Of a stretch of 64,000 bases of DNA, positions 9,112-18,475 are shown one piece after another. Source of the DNA: a virus; the IMG/VR virus record IMGVR_UViG_3300024509_000014, positions 1 to 64,000 of that record; one strand, 5' to 3'. A program made the translations under genes and the position numbers. A model generated the notes under the pieces. That model had not been told where the DNA came from, ran no database searches, and was given only the letters and a program-made list of their open reading frames with translations. Position 1 is the first letter of the stretch; each line of letters opens with the position of its first letter.

Positions 9112-9136
9112 ACATTAAGATTTTGGGTGAGATGAC

Positions 9137-10072
9137 ATGGACAACGAGATTATTGACGCCTACAAGAATGGCAACCAGTCTGGCTGGCCCGGGGCCGAAG
9201 AAGCGGCTATCGGCTACCAGATGGTCAAGGACGATTACAATTTCGTTGACTTCCAGATTGTCGGAGCCATCGGCGCACCCCCGAAGTTTTCAGAAAACTA
9301 CCGGGTTGCCCGCAAAGTCCTGAATCGTGACATTGGCGGCAAGCTGAGCGTCCAGCTGATCGGGGACTGTGTCTCCTGGGGGATGAAGCACGCCGTCGAG
9401 TACCTTGCGTGCTGCGACATCCTCGTGCGCGGCGACGCAGAAGAGTTTCATCCGGTCTTTGCCCCCTACATCTACGGCGTCAGCCGAGTGCAGATCGGTG
9501 GTGGGCGCATCTCTGGGGATGGCTCCATCGGCTCCTGGGCAGCTGCTGGCGTGATGAAGCACGGCACCATTTTTGCCGACAAGGATGGTTGTCCGCCTTA
9601 TGGCAAAGACATAGCCAGGGCCTGGGGCAAAAAGGGGCCAGACAGCAAGTTTCTGGAAGTCGGCAAGAAGTATCTGGTGCGCTCGGCGGCCAAGGTGAAG
9701 ACTTGGGATGACCTGATCGCCGGATTGGCCAACGGTTATTCCTGCACGGTTGCCAGCGACCAGGGTTTTGAGATGACACCTGGGGCAGACGGGTACCACG
9801 ACCCCTCCGGATCTTGGGCGCACCAAATGTGCATCTACGACTACTGCCTGGTTGATCAGGAGCATGTCTACATCGCCAATTCCTGGGGGGATGTCCACGG
9901 CGTGGTCAAGAACCCTGGAACGGGCGAGGAGATGCCACGCGGCACCCTGAAGGTCAAACGCAAGACTATTGAGCGAATGATCGGGCAGGGCGACACTTTC
10001 CTGGTCAGTCAATACGACAACTTCCCCAGCCAGGATATCCACATGGCCCTGTTTGATCTGGTCGGCAAATGA
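9137..10072 (+). CDS. papain-like (C1 family) cysteine peptidase
   Basis: QLIGDCVSWG (oxyanion Q, catalytic C), AHQM (H), IANSWG (N). Confidence 0.8.
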   Translation: MDNEIIDAYKNGNQSGWPGAEEAAIGYQMVKDDYNFVDFQIVGAIGAPPKFSENYRVARKVLNRDIGGKLSVQLIGDCVSWGMKHAVEYLACCDILVRGDAEEFHPVFAPYIYGVSRVQIGGGRISGDGSIGSWAAAGVMKHGTIFADKDGCPPYGKDIARAWGKKGPDSKFLEVGKKYLVRSAAKVKTWDDLIAGLANGYSCTVASDQGFEMTPGADGYHDPSGSWAHQMCIYDYCLVDQEHVYIANSWGDVHGVVKNPGTGEEMPRGTLKVKRKTIERMIGQGDTFLVSQYDNFPSQDIHMALFDLVGK

Positions 10073-10281
10073 AAAGTGCTTTCCTTGGAACACTCCTGAT
10101 AGGCACTGCGCCGCCCGCTGAAGCGTTCAACCTGATTCCGTCCGCTGACTGGCTGGCTCCCTATGGTGCCGCTCTCGCCCACAATCCAGACAATCTTGAG
10201 CGTTGGTGGTGGGACAGCAAAGTGAAGTGCTGGTGGCGCAGGGGACCAAGGAGGCCTATCGATGACAGATTCGGAAATTAA
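10069..10281 (+). CDS. hypothetical protein
   Basis: ATGA overlap with peptidase stop; Trp-rich. Confidence 0.45.
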   Translation: MKSAFLGTLLIGTAPPAEAFNLIPSADWLAPYGAALAHNPDNLERWWWDSKVKCWWRRGPRRPIDDRFGN

Positions 10282-10591
10282 ACCGGCCAAGAGCGGCGAA
10301 TTCCCGGTACTGCAAGGTTATCTGGAAGAAAAACTGGTCGGTTTCGACCCGTTCACCATCCTGATGATTATCTCCGTCGGCATCCAGGCATTGCGATTGC
10401 TTTGGGAATGCAAGAAGGCGCGTTCTGCCCTTCAGGGGCTGGCTCGAGGTAACGGCCCCATCACCCGGATGTACACCCGCCACAAGGTGTATAAGCAGTT
10501 GATCCGGGCCGGTTTTTCCGACGAACAGGCGCAACAGGCGACCGAGGCCCTTCGACTAGCTTTTGCCGAGGGGCGGTTCGACGATGACTGA
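10262..10591 (+). CDS. single-TM hypothetical protein
   Basis: AAGGAGG RBS; FDPFTILMIISVGIQAL hydrophobic segment. Confidence 0.65.
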   Translation: MTDSEIKPAKSGEFPVLQGYLEEKLVGFDPFTILMIISVGIQALRLLWECKKARSALQGLARGNGPITRMYTRHKVYKQLIRAGFSDEQAQQATEALRLAFAEGRFDDD

Positions 10592-11702
10592 TTTCCGGCG
10601 ATTTGGCGGTGCTGCAACGACACTCTTAGAGTCAGTCGATGCGGTTTCCAACCAGATTGTCGTCAATTACTCGCCGGAGTTTCCCCAGAATCCCCCTTTC
10701 GACATCGTCATCGATTCAGAAATCTGTACTGTCCAAGCCTTGTCATCCCGGTTAGCGTTGCCCGTCGGCCTACTTCTTTCCCTCACCCAGCCCTCACCCG
10801 AATTGATCCTGACCGTTCTACGCGCTCAGGAATCCACCCAGGCCGTCAAGCATCTTGTTGGTAGGCCAGTCCAGCCCGTTTTGACCCAAAAAGCCTTCCT
10901 GACCGTTGCCGACGACAAGGGATATGTCTCTGTCCGTCCCGTCCCTGGCATCTCCATCACACTTCAGCCCTTGAGCGGGAACGGTGTTTCGCTGCTCGAC
11001 CCCATGACAAATGGCTGGAGACGCTTTCCGGCGGGGACGGAAACCCTGCTGCCGATTCTGGCTGACGGGGAAGCCGCTGACATTTTTGCCCATTGGAATG
11101 AATCGCTCCAAAAGGTCATGTATTTCATGGCTGTTTGGTCAACATCCAGCTCTCGCCCGACAACGACCCTCAGGGATGGGGTGGCGACTAGAACAGATAG
11201 CTACAGCCTTGTCCCTAGGCGTTATGTCGGGACAATTCAGAAACAAGGTACCTTGTTCACGCCAAATGCGTACCGGGTCACCTTGAGTGCGGCCAATAAT
11301 TTGACCGCCCGCCACGAAGGATTCAAGGTTGTGCGGCTTAATCCGACCGTGAGCGCCGTGGTCTTGCACGGCCTACAGTCAGCGCGAGACGGCAAGATGG
11401 TGATCCTGAGCAATGTGTCATCTTCCCAAGGAGTGTTGCTGAAGCACGCTTCTGCGTCGGCGTTGACCAACGAGAAATTCCTACTGCCCCAAAAAGGCGA
11501 TCTGCCCATCCCGCCAGGCGGGGGCGTGGCCTGCATCTACGATGTGGTCAGCCGAGCCTGGAGATTTGTGGCCAACTGTTTCTTCCGCCCTTCCCGCGAG
11601 ACCGATCCAGACATCGTTCAAGACGCTCTGGAAGACGGAGAGGGCAATCTGCTGGCATACGCCAATGAATCCGGCGACATCATTCTTTACCGAGGGAACT
11701 GA
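10584..11702 (+). CDS. putative virion fibre/structural protein; paralog of N-terminus of 12416..16057
   Basis: beta-rich; shared motifs such as PPF, LTVLR, DIFAHW/DVFAYW, LKHAS, GGV..YD. Confidence 0.6.
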   Translation: MTDFRRFGGAATTLLESVDAVSNQIVVNYSPEFPQNPPFDIVIDSEICTVQALSSRLALPVGLLLSLTQPSPELILTVLRAQESTQAVKHLVGRPVQPVLTQKAFLTVADDKGYVSVRPVPGISITLQPLSGNGVSLLDPMTNGWRRFPAGTETLLPILADGEAADIFAHWNESLQKVMYFMAVWSTSSSRPTTTLRDGVATRTDSYSLVPRRYVGTIQKQGTLFTPNAYRVTLSAANNLTARHEGFKVVRLNPTVSAVVLHGLQSARDGKMVILSNVSSSQGVLLKHASASALTNEKFLLPQKGDLPIPPGGGVACIYDVVSRAWRFVANCFFRPSRETDPDIVQDALEDGEGNLLAYANESGDIILYRGN

Positions 11703-11704
11703 CA

Positions 11705-12412
11705 ATGGCCGACAATGTGCAAATCACTCCGGGTGCTGGTGTGTCCATCGCCGCCGACGAGGTCAACGATGCCACGCTGGGATCGTGCAAGGTCCAGTAT
11801 GTGAAGCTGATGGACGGCACCCTGAACGGCACCAGCAAGGCCACGGTGGGGGCCAGCGGTTTAGCTGTTCACGCCGCCCAGAATGGCACCTGGAATGTGG
11901 CGGTTTCCGGAATTGCTGCTTCTCAACCTACTTCTGGCGGTATTCTTCCAGGATTTGGCGCCTCCATGTCTAACGGCAATGCTTGGACTCCTTTGAGCAA
12001 TGCGTTTACTGCGGCAAACATAGGGCCAGTGGGTGTCTCAACACTTGCGGTTGCGCCATTTGTTTTCAATGGCACTGCGTATTCTCCCACCCTTATTCCG
12101 GCTGTTTACAAAGACCTCAGCGCCGTTTCCGTCGGTGTTTTGGCAACTGTCTGGACTCCGGCTTCCGGCAAGAAAATCCGGCTGTTGGGCGGTATCCTGT
12201 CGGTCTCCGGCAATGTCTCGCTGCTCTTTGAAGACAACTCATCCGGCAACTTTGTCTTCCGCACCCCCATGATCACGGCAGACACGGCCTTCCGGTTTGA
12301 CCTGCCGGGTGGGCGCCTGTTGTCAGCAGCCAACAATGTCCTCAAACTCACCCAAACCCCCAACTCGCCGTCCGTCACCGTCACCGGCACGCTGTTCGGC
12401 ATCGAGGAATAA
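11705..12412 (+). CDS. putative virion structural protein
   Basis: G/A/S/T-rich beta protein, MADNVQITPG start, between fibre-like genes. Confidence 0.6.
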   Translation: MADNVQITPGAGVSIAADEVNDATLGSCKVQYVKLMDGTLNGTSKATVGASGLAVHAAQNGTWNVAVSGIAASQPTSGGILPGFGASMSNGNAWTPLSNAFTAANIGPVGVSTLAVAPFVFNGTAYSPTLIPAVYKDLSAVSVGVLATVWTPASGKKIRLLGGILSVSGNVSLLFEDNSSGNFVFRTPMITADTAFRFDLPGGRLLSAANNVLKLTQTPNSPSVTVTGTLFGIEE

Positions 12413-12415
12413 TTC

Positions 12416-15400
12416 ATGGCCGGTCAACTCCACCGTTTTTCCAACCAGGCTGTCACCTACCTCGGTTCAGCGATCAGTTCAACCGACACCGAGATCGTCG
12501 TTGTCAATATCCTGAAGTTCCCCCACCCACCCTTTGAAGTGACCTGCGGTCAAGAGGTGATGCGGGTCACAGCTGTTGATGACCAGACAAACACGCTGAC
12601 AGTTTTGCGAGGAAGGGAAGGTACCACAGCCGTCCTACACGCCGCTGGCGACCCCATCGCCCACACCGTGACGCGGGATGGTCTTCTAGATGTGTTGGAC
12701 AATAACGGTATTGCCAATGCTGCCCTGTCGTTTTCGGCGACGGACACAGAGGCTCCAGGCTCTGGAACTGTCTATTTGGCTCCACTTCAGGGCAACAACA
12801 TTTCCTTGTGGGACACCTTGGAAAGCCGTTGGCGCAAGTTCACGCTGAATATCGCCCCCTATGTGTCGGCCAACGAAGTAGCTGGCAAATGCGTGGATGT
12901 GTTTGCCTACTGGGATAATTCTGCCCAGGCTGTGGCTTTGCAGAAGGTGGTTTGGGACAGAGACACCGGCAGGCCTTCCGGCTATGACCTTGTGCGCGTC
13001 GACGGCGTGATGGTCAGCCAGCACTCAACCGCCTGGAGGCATGTCGGCACTTACCAGATGTTGGCGAACTCGGCGGTCGCCCTCTCAAGCCACACCCCGT
13101 CTCTGTCTGGGGTAAGCACTCTGGAACTGCCTCGCTATGGCAAGAATATCCTGCGTGTTGATCCGCCGATCAATGGTTATGAAATCCATGGCGTAGAGTC
13201 AATCGCAGATGGTGAAACTGTCTATCTGCTGAATATTTCCGAGACTGACACATTCTACCTAAAGCACGCTTCGGTGACAGCACCGTCCGGCTCCAAACTG
13301 CTGGTTCTTGATCTGGATGACTACCCTGTTTTTCCGTTGGGTGGGGTAACGCTGGTTTATGACGCCGCTTCTTTGGGTTATCGCGTCCTGGGAGCCTGTT
13401 GCACCACGACCACAACCACTACAACAACCACGACTTCCACGACAACTTCCACAACGACTACCAGCGGCCCGACCACTACCACAACCAGCACGACCACCAG
13501 CACAACAACCACGACCGCAAGCCCCTACCCGCTGCCAGCAACATGCCTCAAATCCTTAACCTATGTCCGCTCGTCTTCCAACACGAACGGTATCTCCGGC
13601 AATCATTTTGAGTTCAGCGACGACGGCACAAACTGGTATGTGGTCAGCAGCATGATCCCCAAATCAGTCGCCAATTTGACCTACACATTCCGTCTGCAAA
13701 ACACCAGCACTCATCCTTTTCGTTTATTTGACACAGATGGGTTCAACCGACTGGTTCCTTCGGCCACCAATCCTGCGTCTGGCAATGTGGCAGATGGGTT
13801 CTGGGGCGGCGATGTGGTCTTAACGGTAACATTAGAAGAAAAGGCGCCTTTTAGCTACGATTGCTCGTTGCATGGCTACGAAAGTGGTATCGGTGAAGAC
13901 GCCATCATCTATGATCCGGTCTGTACTTATTGCGCACAACCGGACATGTTCATTCGTATCAACATGGACCCGGACACACTTCCCCCACCACCAGCGTGGC
14001 CTTCCAATGTTCCGGAAGTCCAGATGCAATTTACCAACCCTCCTGGTGAGGCAACCGGCGGGGATGTTTACAGGACGAGCCTCCAATTTTCTGGCATGTC
14101 CGGCGTCATAGCTGGTTTGAAAGTAACTCTGCACGATGTGTCATCTTTTTCTTCGGTTGGCACAAGCGTGTTGATGTTGAAAGCACCGTCAGGCAAAGAT
14201 CTCTTGCTGGCTGGCGCCCTGGCAAATAGCGGCAATATCACAGAACAGACTTATGTCTTTACTAACGACAGCGGAGACTCGTTGTTTTCTTTCGGTTCTG
14301 GAGGAAATTTCCGCCCCAATCCCAACGGCAATCAAAATGTCACATATTGGCCGGATTCATCGGCCCCGTTTGGCACAACATTGACTGATCTATTTGGAGA
14401 CAGCCCCAACGGAGAATGGAAGCTCGGCATGATTGCCGATACGGGTTATGGATCAAGAATCTTGCGTGTGCCAAGTTGGTCTGTGGAAGTCTTAACATCA
14501 ACCAATGAAAGCCATACTGTTCGTGCGACCGATCCACAGTCAGGCGGTTACACGCCCGTTAACGCATGGCCCTACGAAGCTGATACTGAACTTCAGGATT
14601 TGGAAGAGCTTGGTGGCGTCAATTACTTCACTTCGACTGTTGACGCTGGCGAAACCCGTTATTATCGATTTAGGTCGAAATATTCTGCCAATTATTATCT
14701 GTGGGCTGGTGGACAGAATTCTGGCGGAATTAAGCTAGAAATATTCCGCAACTGGAATGCTTCTGGGTCACCATCTGTCACTTACACAAACCTGTATGAC
14801 TCTTCGCAAAAGCGATTGGCTTGCGACGCAGGCGAATTCATTGTTTTCAAATTCACGAACACATCAATTGTCTTCAAATATATCACGCTAAAATTGCAGA
14901 CTCCCGGCGTTCATTACGAGATGAGTGCCAACGAGACAGACTGGTATCTTCCGGAAAGATGGAAGTTTGGTGGAGCCAATCCAACCGGGCCAGCCACCTA
15001 CAATCTCAATTTGAAATATTTGAAAAATCCCAAATTCGCCATGAGGATGACGGGTGCTTTCTCGCCTGTTTGGTCTGGTGGCTCTGGAATTGGGACTGTT
15101 TCCAGCAATTCCGTAAATTATTACCACTTTGATTCGACCAAAGCGGCTACCCAGGAATTGTCCTTCACGATGGGTGGAACCTCTCCTTCGATTCGTTACA
15201 TCACCACCATAACTGGCACGCTAGTTATTCAAAATGATGATCTAGACGACAATCGTCAGTCGATTATTTATGGTGCTGGATGTTTTGGAGACGATCCTGT
15301 ACCTGACACGACTTCCCCGCCCACCACTACCCCAGCACCTTGGGTGGCTGGATATTATTGTGTCAATGATTCTTATCAAGGCACTACTGGGTGCAGCTAT

Positions 15401-16057
15401 ATATCAACGCGCCCACCCGCCAATCCTTTGGTGACTTATACCGGGCCTTATGTCTCATCGGGCGCGTGCAATGTGGCTTGTGCTTCGTTGGGAACGACCA
15501 CAACTACGACGGCTGCGCCGACCACCACCACAACAACACCCCCGTTTGTAGCTGGTCGTTATTGTTTTTATTCAAGAGATAAATTTACTGGCGCAATGAT
15601 TTTAGATAGATGTGGATATCTTGATAGCTTAGATAGCCCTCAATATGAACATACTATTGTTGGTGGACCTTATACCAGTAATAATGATTGTATAAACTCG
15701 GGGTGTGGAACTACTACCACCACAACAACCACAACAACCACGACCACTACGACGGCTGCGCCGACCACAACGACTACCACAACTGGTTCGGCTACAACGA
15801 CCACGACAGCTGCTCCGGTTACTACGACCACAACCTCAACAACCACAAGCACCAGCACGACTTCAACAACAGCTGCGCCGTCTTACAGGTACAATTGTGA
15901 GATAGTCGCAACTACCGGGAACAGCTTTATCTATGGCTGTGTTTCCACAGGAAGCTACACGGTTGGAACTTACGCTTCCGAGCAGGATTGCCTCAATGCA
16001 GGATGTGGTGGGGGTGGTGGAGGTGGCGGGGTGACCAGCACATCTCCGCCAGGATAA
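12416..16057 (+). CDS. large mucin-like fibre/adhesin with poly-Thr tracts, cupredoxin-like and P-domain-like modules and Cys-rich repeats
   Basis: 1213 aa; poly-Thr tracts; HPFRL...YDCSLH; LKVTLH...LKAPSG...GDSPNGEWKL (proprotein convertase P-domain pattern); three Y-x-C...Y-x-S-x3-C-x3-C modules. Confidence 0.7.
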   Translation: MAGQLHRFSNQAVTYLGSAISSTDTEIVVVNILKFPHPPFEVTCGQEVMRVTAVDDQTNTLTVLRGREGTTAVLHAAGDPIAHTVTRDGLLDVLDNNGIANAALSFSATDTEAPGSGTVYLAPLQGNNISLWDTLESRWRKFTLNIAPYVSANEVAGKCVDVFAYWDNSAQAVALQKVVWDRDTGRPSGYDLVRVDGVMVSQHSTAWRHVGTYQMLANSAVALSSHTPSLSGVSTLELPRYGKNILRVDPPINGYEIHGVESIADGETVYLLNISETDTFYLKHASVTAPSGSKLLVLDLDDYPVFPLGGVTLVYDAASLGYRVLGACCTTTTTTTTTTTSTTTSTTTTSGPTTTTTSTTTSTTTTTASPYPLPATCLKSLTYVRSSSNTNGISGNHFEFSDDGTNWYVVSSMIPKSVANLTYTFRLQNTSTHPFRLFDTDGFNRLVPSATNPASGNVADGFWGGDVVLTVTLEEKAPFSYDCSLHGYESGIGEDAIIYDPVCTYCAQPDMFIRINMDPDTLPPPPAWPSNVPEVQMQFTNPPGEATGGDVYRTSLQFSGMSGVIAGLKVTLHDVSSFSSVGTSVLMLKAPSGKDLLLAGALANSGNITEQTYVFTNDSGDSLFSFGSGGNFRPNPNGNQNVTYWPDSSAPFGTTLTDLFGDSPNGEWKLGMIADTGYGSRILRVPSWSVEVLTSTNESHTVRATDPQSGGYTPVNAWPYEADTELQDLEELGGVNYFTSTVDAGETRYYRFRSKYSANYYLWAGGQNSGGIKLEIFRNWNASGSPSVTYTNLYDSSQKRLACDAGEFIVFKFTNTSIVFKYITLKLQTPGVHYEMSANETDWYLPERWKFGGANPTGPATYNLNLKYLKNPKFAMRMTGAFSPVWSGGSGIGTVSSNSVNYYHFDSTKAATQELSFTMGGTSPSIRYITTITGTLVIQNDDLDDNRQSIIYGAGCFGDDPVPDTTSPPTTTPAPWVAGYYCVNDSYQGTTGCSYISTRPPANPLVTYTGPYVSSGACNVACASLGTTTTTTAAPTTTTTTPPFVAGRYCFYSRDKFTGAMILDRCGYLDSLDSPQYEHTIVGGPYTSNNDCINSGCGTTTTTTTTTTTTTTTAAPTTTTTTTGSATTTTTAAPVTTTTTSTTTSTSTTSTTAAPSYRYNCEIVATTGNSFIYGCVSTGSYTVGTYASEQDCLNAGCGGGGGGGGVTSTSPPG
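13402..13518 (+). repeat. poly-Thr coding tract 1
   Basis: ACN codon run with mixed synonymous codons. Confidence 0.9.
15493..15876 (+). repeat. poly-Thr coding tracts 2-3, including a 23-bp direct repeat
   Basis: ACTACGACGGCTGCGCCGACCAC at 15503 and 15746. Confidence 0.9.
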
Positions 16058-16207
16058 TCTTTTCAAAAAACAGTTAGAAAATAGGTCGTTTTCGGCCTAT
16101 TCTTTGACAGGTCCCAAGATGGGGTCTTGGTGTACTTTTTTGTTGCCGTTATTTACTAGCGTTTTACTCAGGGCCGGTTCGGCATCGGTTCCTTGGAGGT
16201 TTTTGTC

Positions 16208-17857
16208 ATGTCTGCAAGCGTTTTTCGTAACAAGTTTTCAGAAGATATCTTTAACTATAAGTATAGGCACGAAGGTTGTGAAACCTGGGAAAAATTGGCC
16301 AAAGTGCTGGTCGAAGATGTCTGCCGGGAATGGATGACCGCCGACGAAAAAGCAACCCTGACCCAAGCCATCGCCGAAATGAAATTTCTGCCCGGCGGTC
16401 GCTATATCTATTATGCTGGCAGGCCTATCAAAGCATTTAACAATTGCTATCTTTTGAGAGCAGAAGAGGATACTCGTGAAGACTGGGCCATGTTGTCCTG
16501 GAAGGCAGAGTCGTGCTTGGCAACTGGTGGTGGCATTGGGGTGGACTATTCCATTTACCGCCCCAAAGGCACGCCCCTGAAGCGGACGGGTGGGGAGGCC
16601 TCTGGCCCTGTCTCTAAGATGAGGATGATTAACGAGATCGGTCGCGAGGTCATGCAGGGTGGCTCCCGGCGGTCGGCGATCTACGCCTCGCTGAACTGGC
16701 AGCACCAAGACATTAAAAACTTCTTGTACGCCAAGGATTGGCACTCCATGAAGGTGCCAGGGACCGACAAGACGGTGTGGGACTGCAAGGTCGCCGATTT
16801 CAACTATCCCGCCCCGTTGGACATGACCAATATTTCGGCCAACTACGATGACGCTTGGCTGAACCTGCCCGACCGCCACAAGAACGAAGTCTTTTTGATC
16901 AACTGCCGTCAGGCCATGGAGACCGGGGAGCCTGGATGGTCTTTCAACTTCGGCGACAAGCAGAACGAGACCCTGCGCAATGCCTGCACGGAAGTGACCT
17001 CAGAGGACGACTCTGATGTGTGTAATCTCGGCTCTCTGAACATGTCTCGTATTGAGACTGCCGAAGAGTTCCGTCAGATTGTCGAGTTGGCCACCAAGTT
17101 CTTGATTTGTGGCACCATGGTGGCGCATCTGCCCTACGACAAAGTCTACGCAATTCGTGAGAAGAATCGCCGACTTGGGCTGGGGCTGATGGGTATGCAC
17201 GAGTGGCTGGTGCAGCGGGGCAGTCGCTACGAAGTCACCGATGACCTCCACAAGTGGCTGGCGATCTACCGGGACGAGTCTGATGCCGTTTCCCGTTCGT
17301 TCTCGGCCAAGCTGGGCATCAGCGAACCCGTGGCCAAGCGGGCGATTGCCCCCACCGGCTCCATCGGTATTCTGGCTGGCACGACCACCGGCATCGAACC
17401 GGTCTTTGCCGTGGCTTACAAACGACGCTACCTCAAGAACGGTACCCAGTGGCACTATCAATATGTCGTGGACAGCGCCGCCAAGGACCTGATCGAGCGA
17501 TACGGCGTGGACCCCCACAAGATCGAGTCGGCCATCGACCTAGCCCGGGATTACGAGCGTCGCCTCAAGTTCCAGGCTGACACCCAGGATTATGTTGACC
17601 AGTCCATCTCGTCGACGATCAACATGCCCAGCTGGGGGTCGGAACTGAACAACGAGGACAAGATTGAGGACTTCGCCGCAACCCTGTCCAAGTATGCCCC
17701 TCGCTTGCGTGGCTTCACGGTTTACCCCGATGGTGCCCGCGGTGGCCAGCCCCTAGTCTCCGTGGACTATGACGAGGCCGCCAAGCAACAGGGCGTGGAG
17801 TACCTAGAGCATGATGTCTGTGTAATTGGTGGCAAGGGTGGAACTTGCGGTAGCTAA
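16208..17857 (+). CDS. nrdJ: class II (adenosylcobalamin-dependent) ribonucleotide reductase
   Basis: FLPGGR, FNNCY, GGGIG, RRSA, TGEPG, RNACTE, CNLGSLN, RRLGLGLMG, IAPTGS, DQSISSTIN; C-terminal Cys pair; no nrdB adjacent. Confidence 0.85.
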   Translation: MSASVFRNKFSEDIFNYKYRHEGCETWEKLAKVLVEDVCREWMTADEKATLTQAIAEMKFLPGGRYIYYAGRPIKAFNNCYLLRAEEDTREDWAMLSWKAESCLATGGGIGVDYSIYRPKGTPLKRTGGEASGPVSKMRMINEIGREVMQGGSRRSAIYASLNWQHQDIKNFLYAKDWHSMKVPGTDKTVWDCKVADFNYPAPLDMTNISANYDDAWLNLPDRHKNEVFLINCRQAMETGEPGWSFNFGDKQNETLRNACTEVTSEDDSDVCNLGSLNMSRIETAEEFRQIVELATKFLICGTMVAHLPYDKVYAIREKNRRLGLGLMGMHEWLVQRGSRYEVTDDLHKWLAIYRDESDAVSRSFSAKLGISEPVAKRAIAPTGSIGILAGTTTGIEPVFAVAYKRRYLKNGTQWHYQYVVDSAAKDLIERYGVDPHKIESAIDLARDYERRLKFQADTQDYVDQSISSTINMPSWGSELNNEDKIEDFAATLSKYAPRLRGFTVYPDGARGGQPLVSVDYDEAAKQQGVEYLEHDVCVIGGKGGTCGS

Positions 17858-17878
17858 AACCACCAAAAAACAATTCTT

Positions 17879-17910
17879 GAGGCCCGGTCGAGTCATTCGG
17901 CCGGGCCTTC
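17879..17910 (+). terminator. GC-rich hairpin after nrdJ, weak U-tract
   Basis: AGGCCCGG...CCGGGCCT inverted repeat. Confidence 0.5.
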
Positions 17911-17926
17911 TGGTTACTATCGGTAG
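17908..17926 (+). promoter_or_regulatory. conserved intergenic motif copy 2 (putative phage promoter)
   Basis: TTCTGGTTACTATCGGTAG, 27 nt upstream of ATG 17954. Confidence 0.55.
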
Positions 17927-17953
17927 GATCAAACCCACCCCTAAGGGACCGTC

Positions 17954-18472
17954 ATGAGCAAGAATAGCAACACACCCCTCAATATTTTCCTGGAAGAAGT
18001 CGAGGCGATCCTCCAGCAGGCCGGGCTGAATCCTAAGCAAGCTCTTGAGTTTGTCAACGAGAACAAGGTCAATGAGGCCTGCACGATTCTGGCCACCGAA
18101 GTCCTGAATGTGTTGAGCAAGGCCTCGGAGGGATATGACCCCCCTGAGTCGGCCCGCAACAATGCCCGCAAGGTTTTGAAGTGGAAAGAGAAGTATGGCA
18201 AGGAATGCAAGGGAATGACGCCTGTGGGCTGGGCACGCGCCCGCGATCTGGCAAACGGCGCCAAGCTTTCTGCGTCGACGGTGAAAAGGATGGCCTCTTT
18301 CAACCGGCATCGCAGCAATTACGAGAAAGCCCGCAATAAACCCGAGGCGAAGACCAAGCCCTGGACCATACCGGCCATTGTCGCCTGGTTGGGTTGGGGT
18401 GGCACCTCTGGCGTGGAATGGGCCATCCGCACCTCGCAGTCCATTCAGAACAAGGCAAAAAAGAGGAAGTAA
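17954..18472 (+). CDS. conserved phage protein of unknown function
   Basis: PPESARNNARKVLKW...GMTPVGWARARDLANG..LS.STVKRMASF.RH...AWLGWGG, a domain I recall from phage head-associated proteins. Confidence 0.7.
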   Translation: MSKNSNTPLNIFLEEVEAILQQAGLNPKQALEFVNENKVNEACTILATEVLNVLSKASEGYDPPESARNNARKVLKWKEKYGKECKGMTPVGWARARDLANGAKLSASTVKRMASFNRHRSNYEKARNKPEAKTKPWTIPAIVAWLGWGGTSGVEWAIRTSQSIQNKAKKRK

Positions 18473-18475
18473 TCC

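Noticed and set aside
13402-15876. ACN-rich repeats as a CRISPR array or DNA-level VNTR
   Set aside because: No constant repeat with unique spacers; in-frame mixed Thr codons inside a long ORF
16104-16138. Canonical sigma70 promoter from TTGACA upstream of nrdJ
   Set aside because: No acceptable -10 hexamer at 16-18 bp spacing
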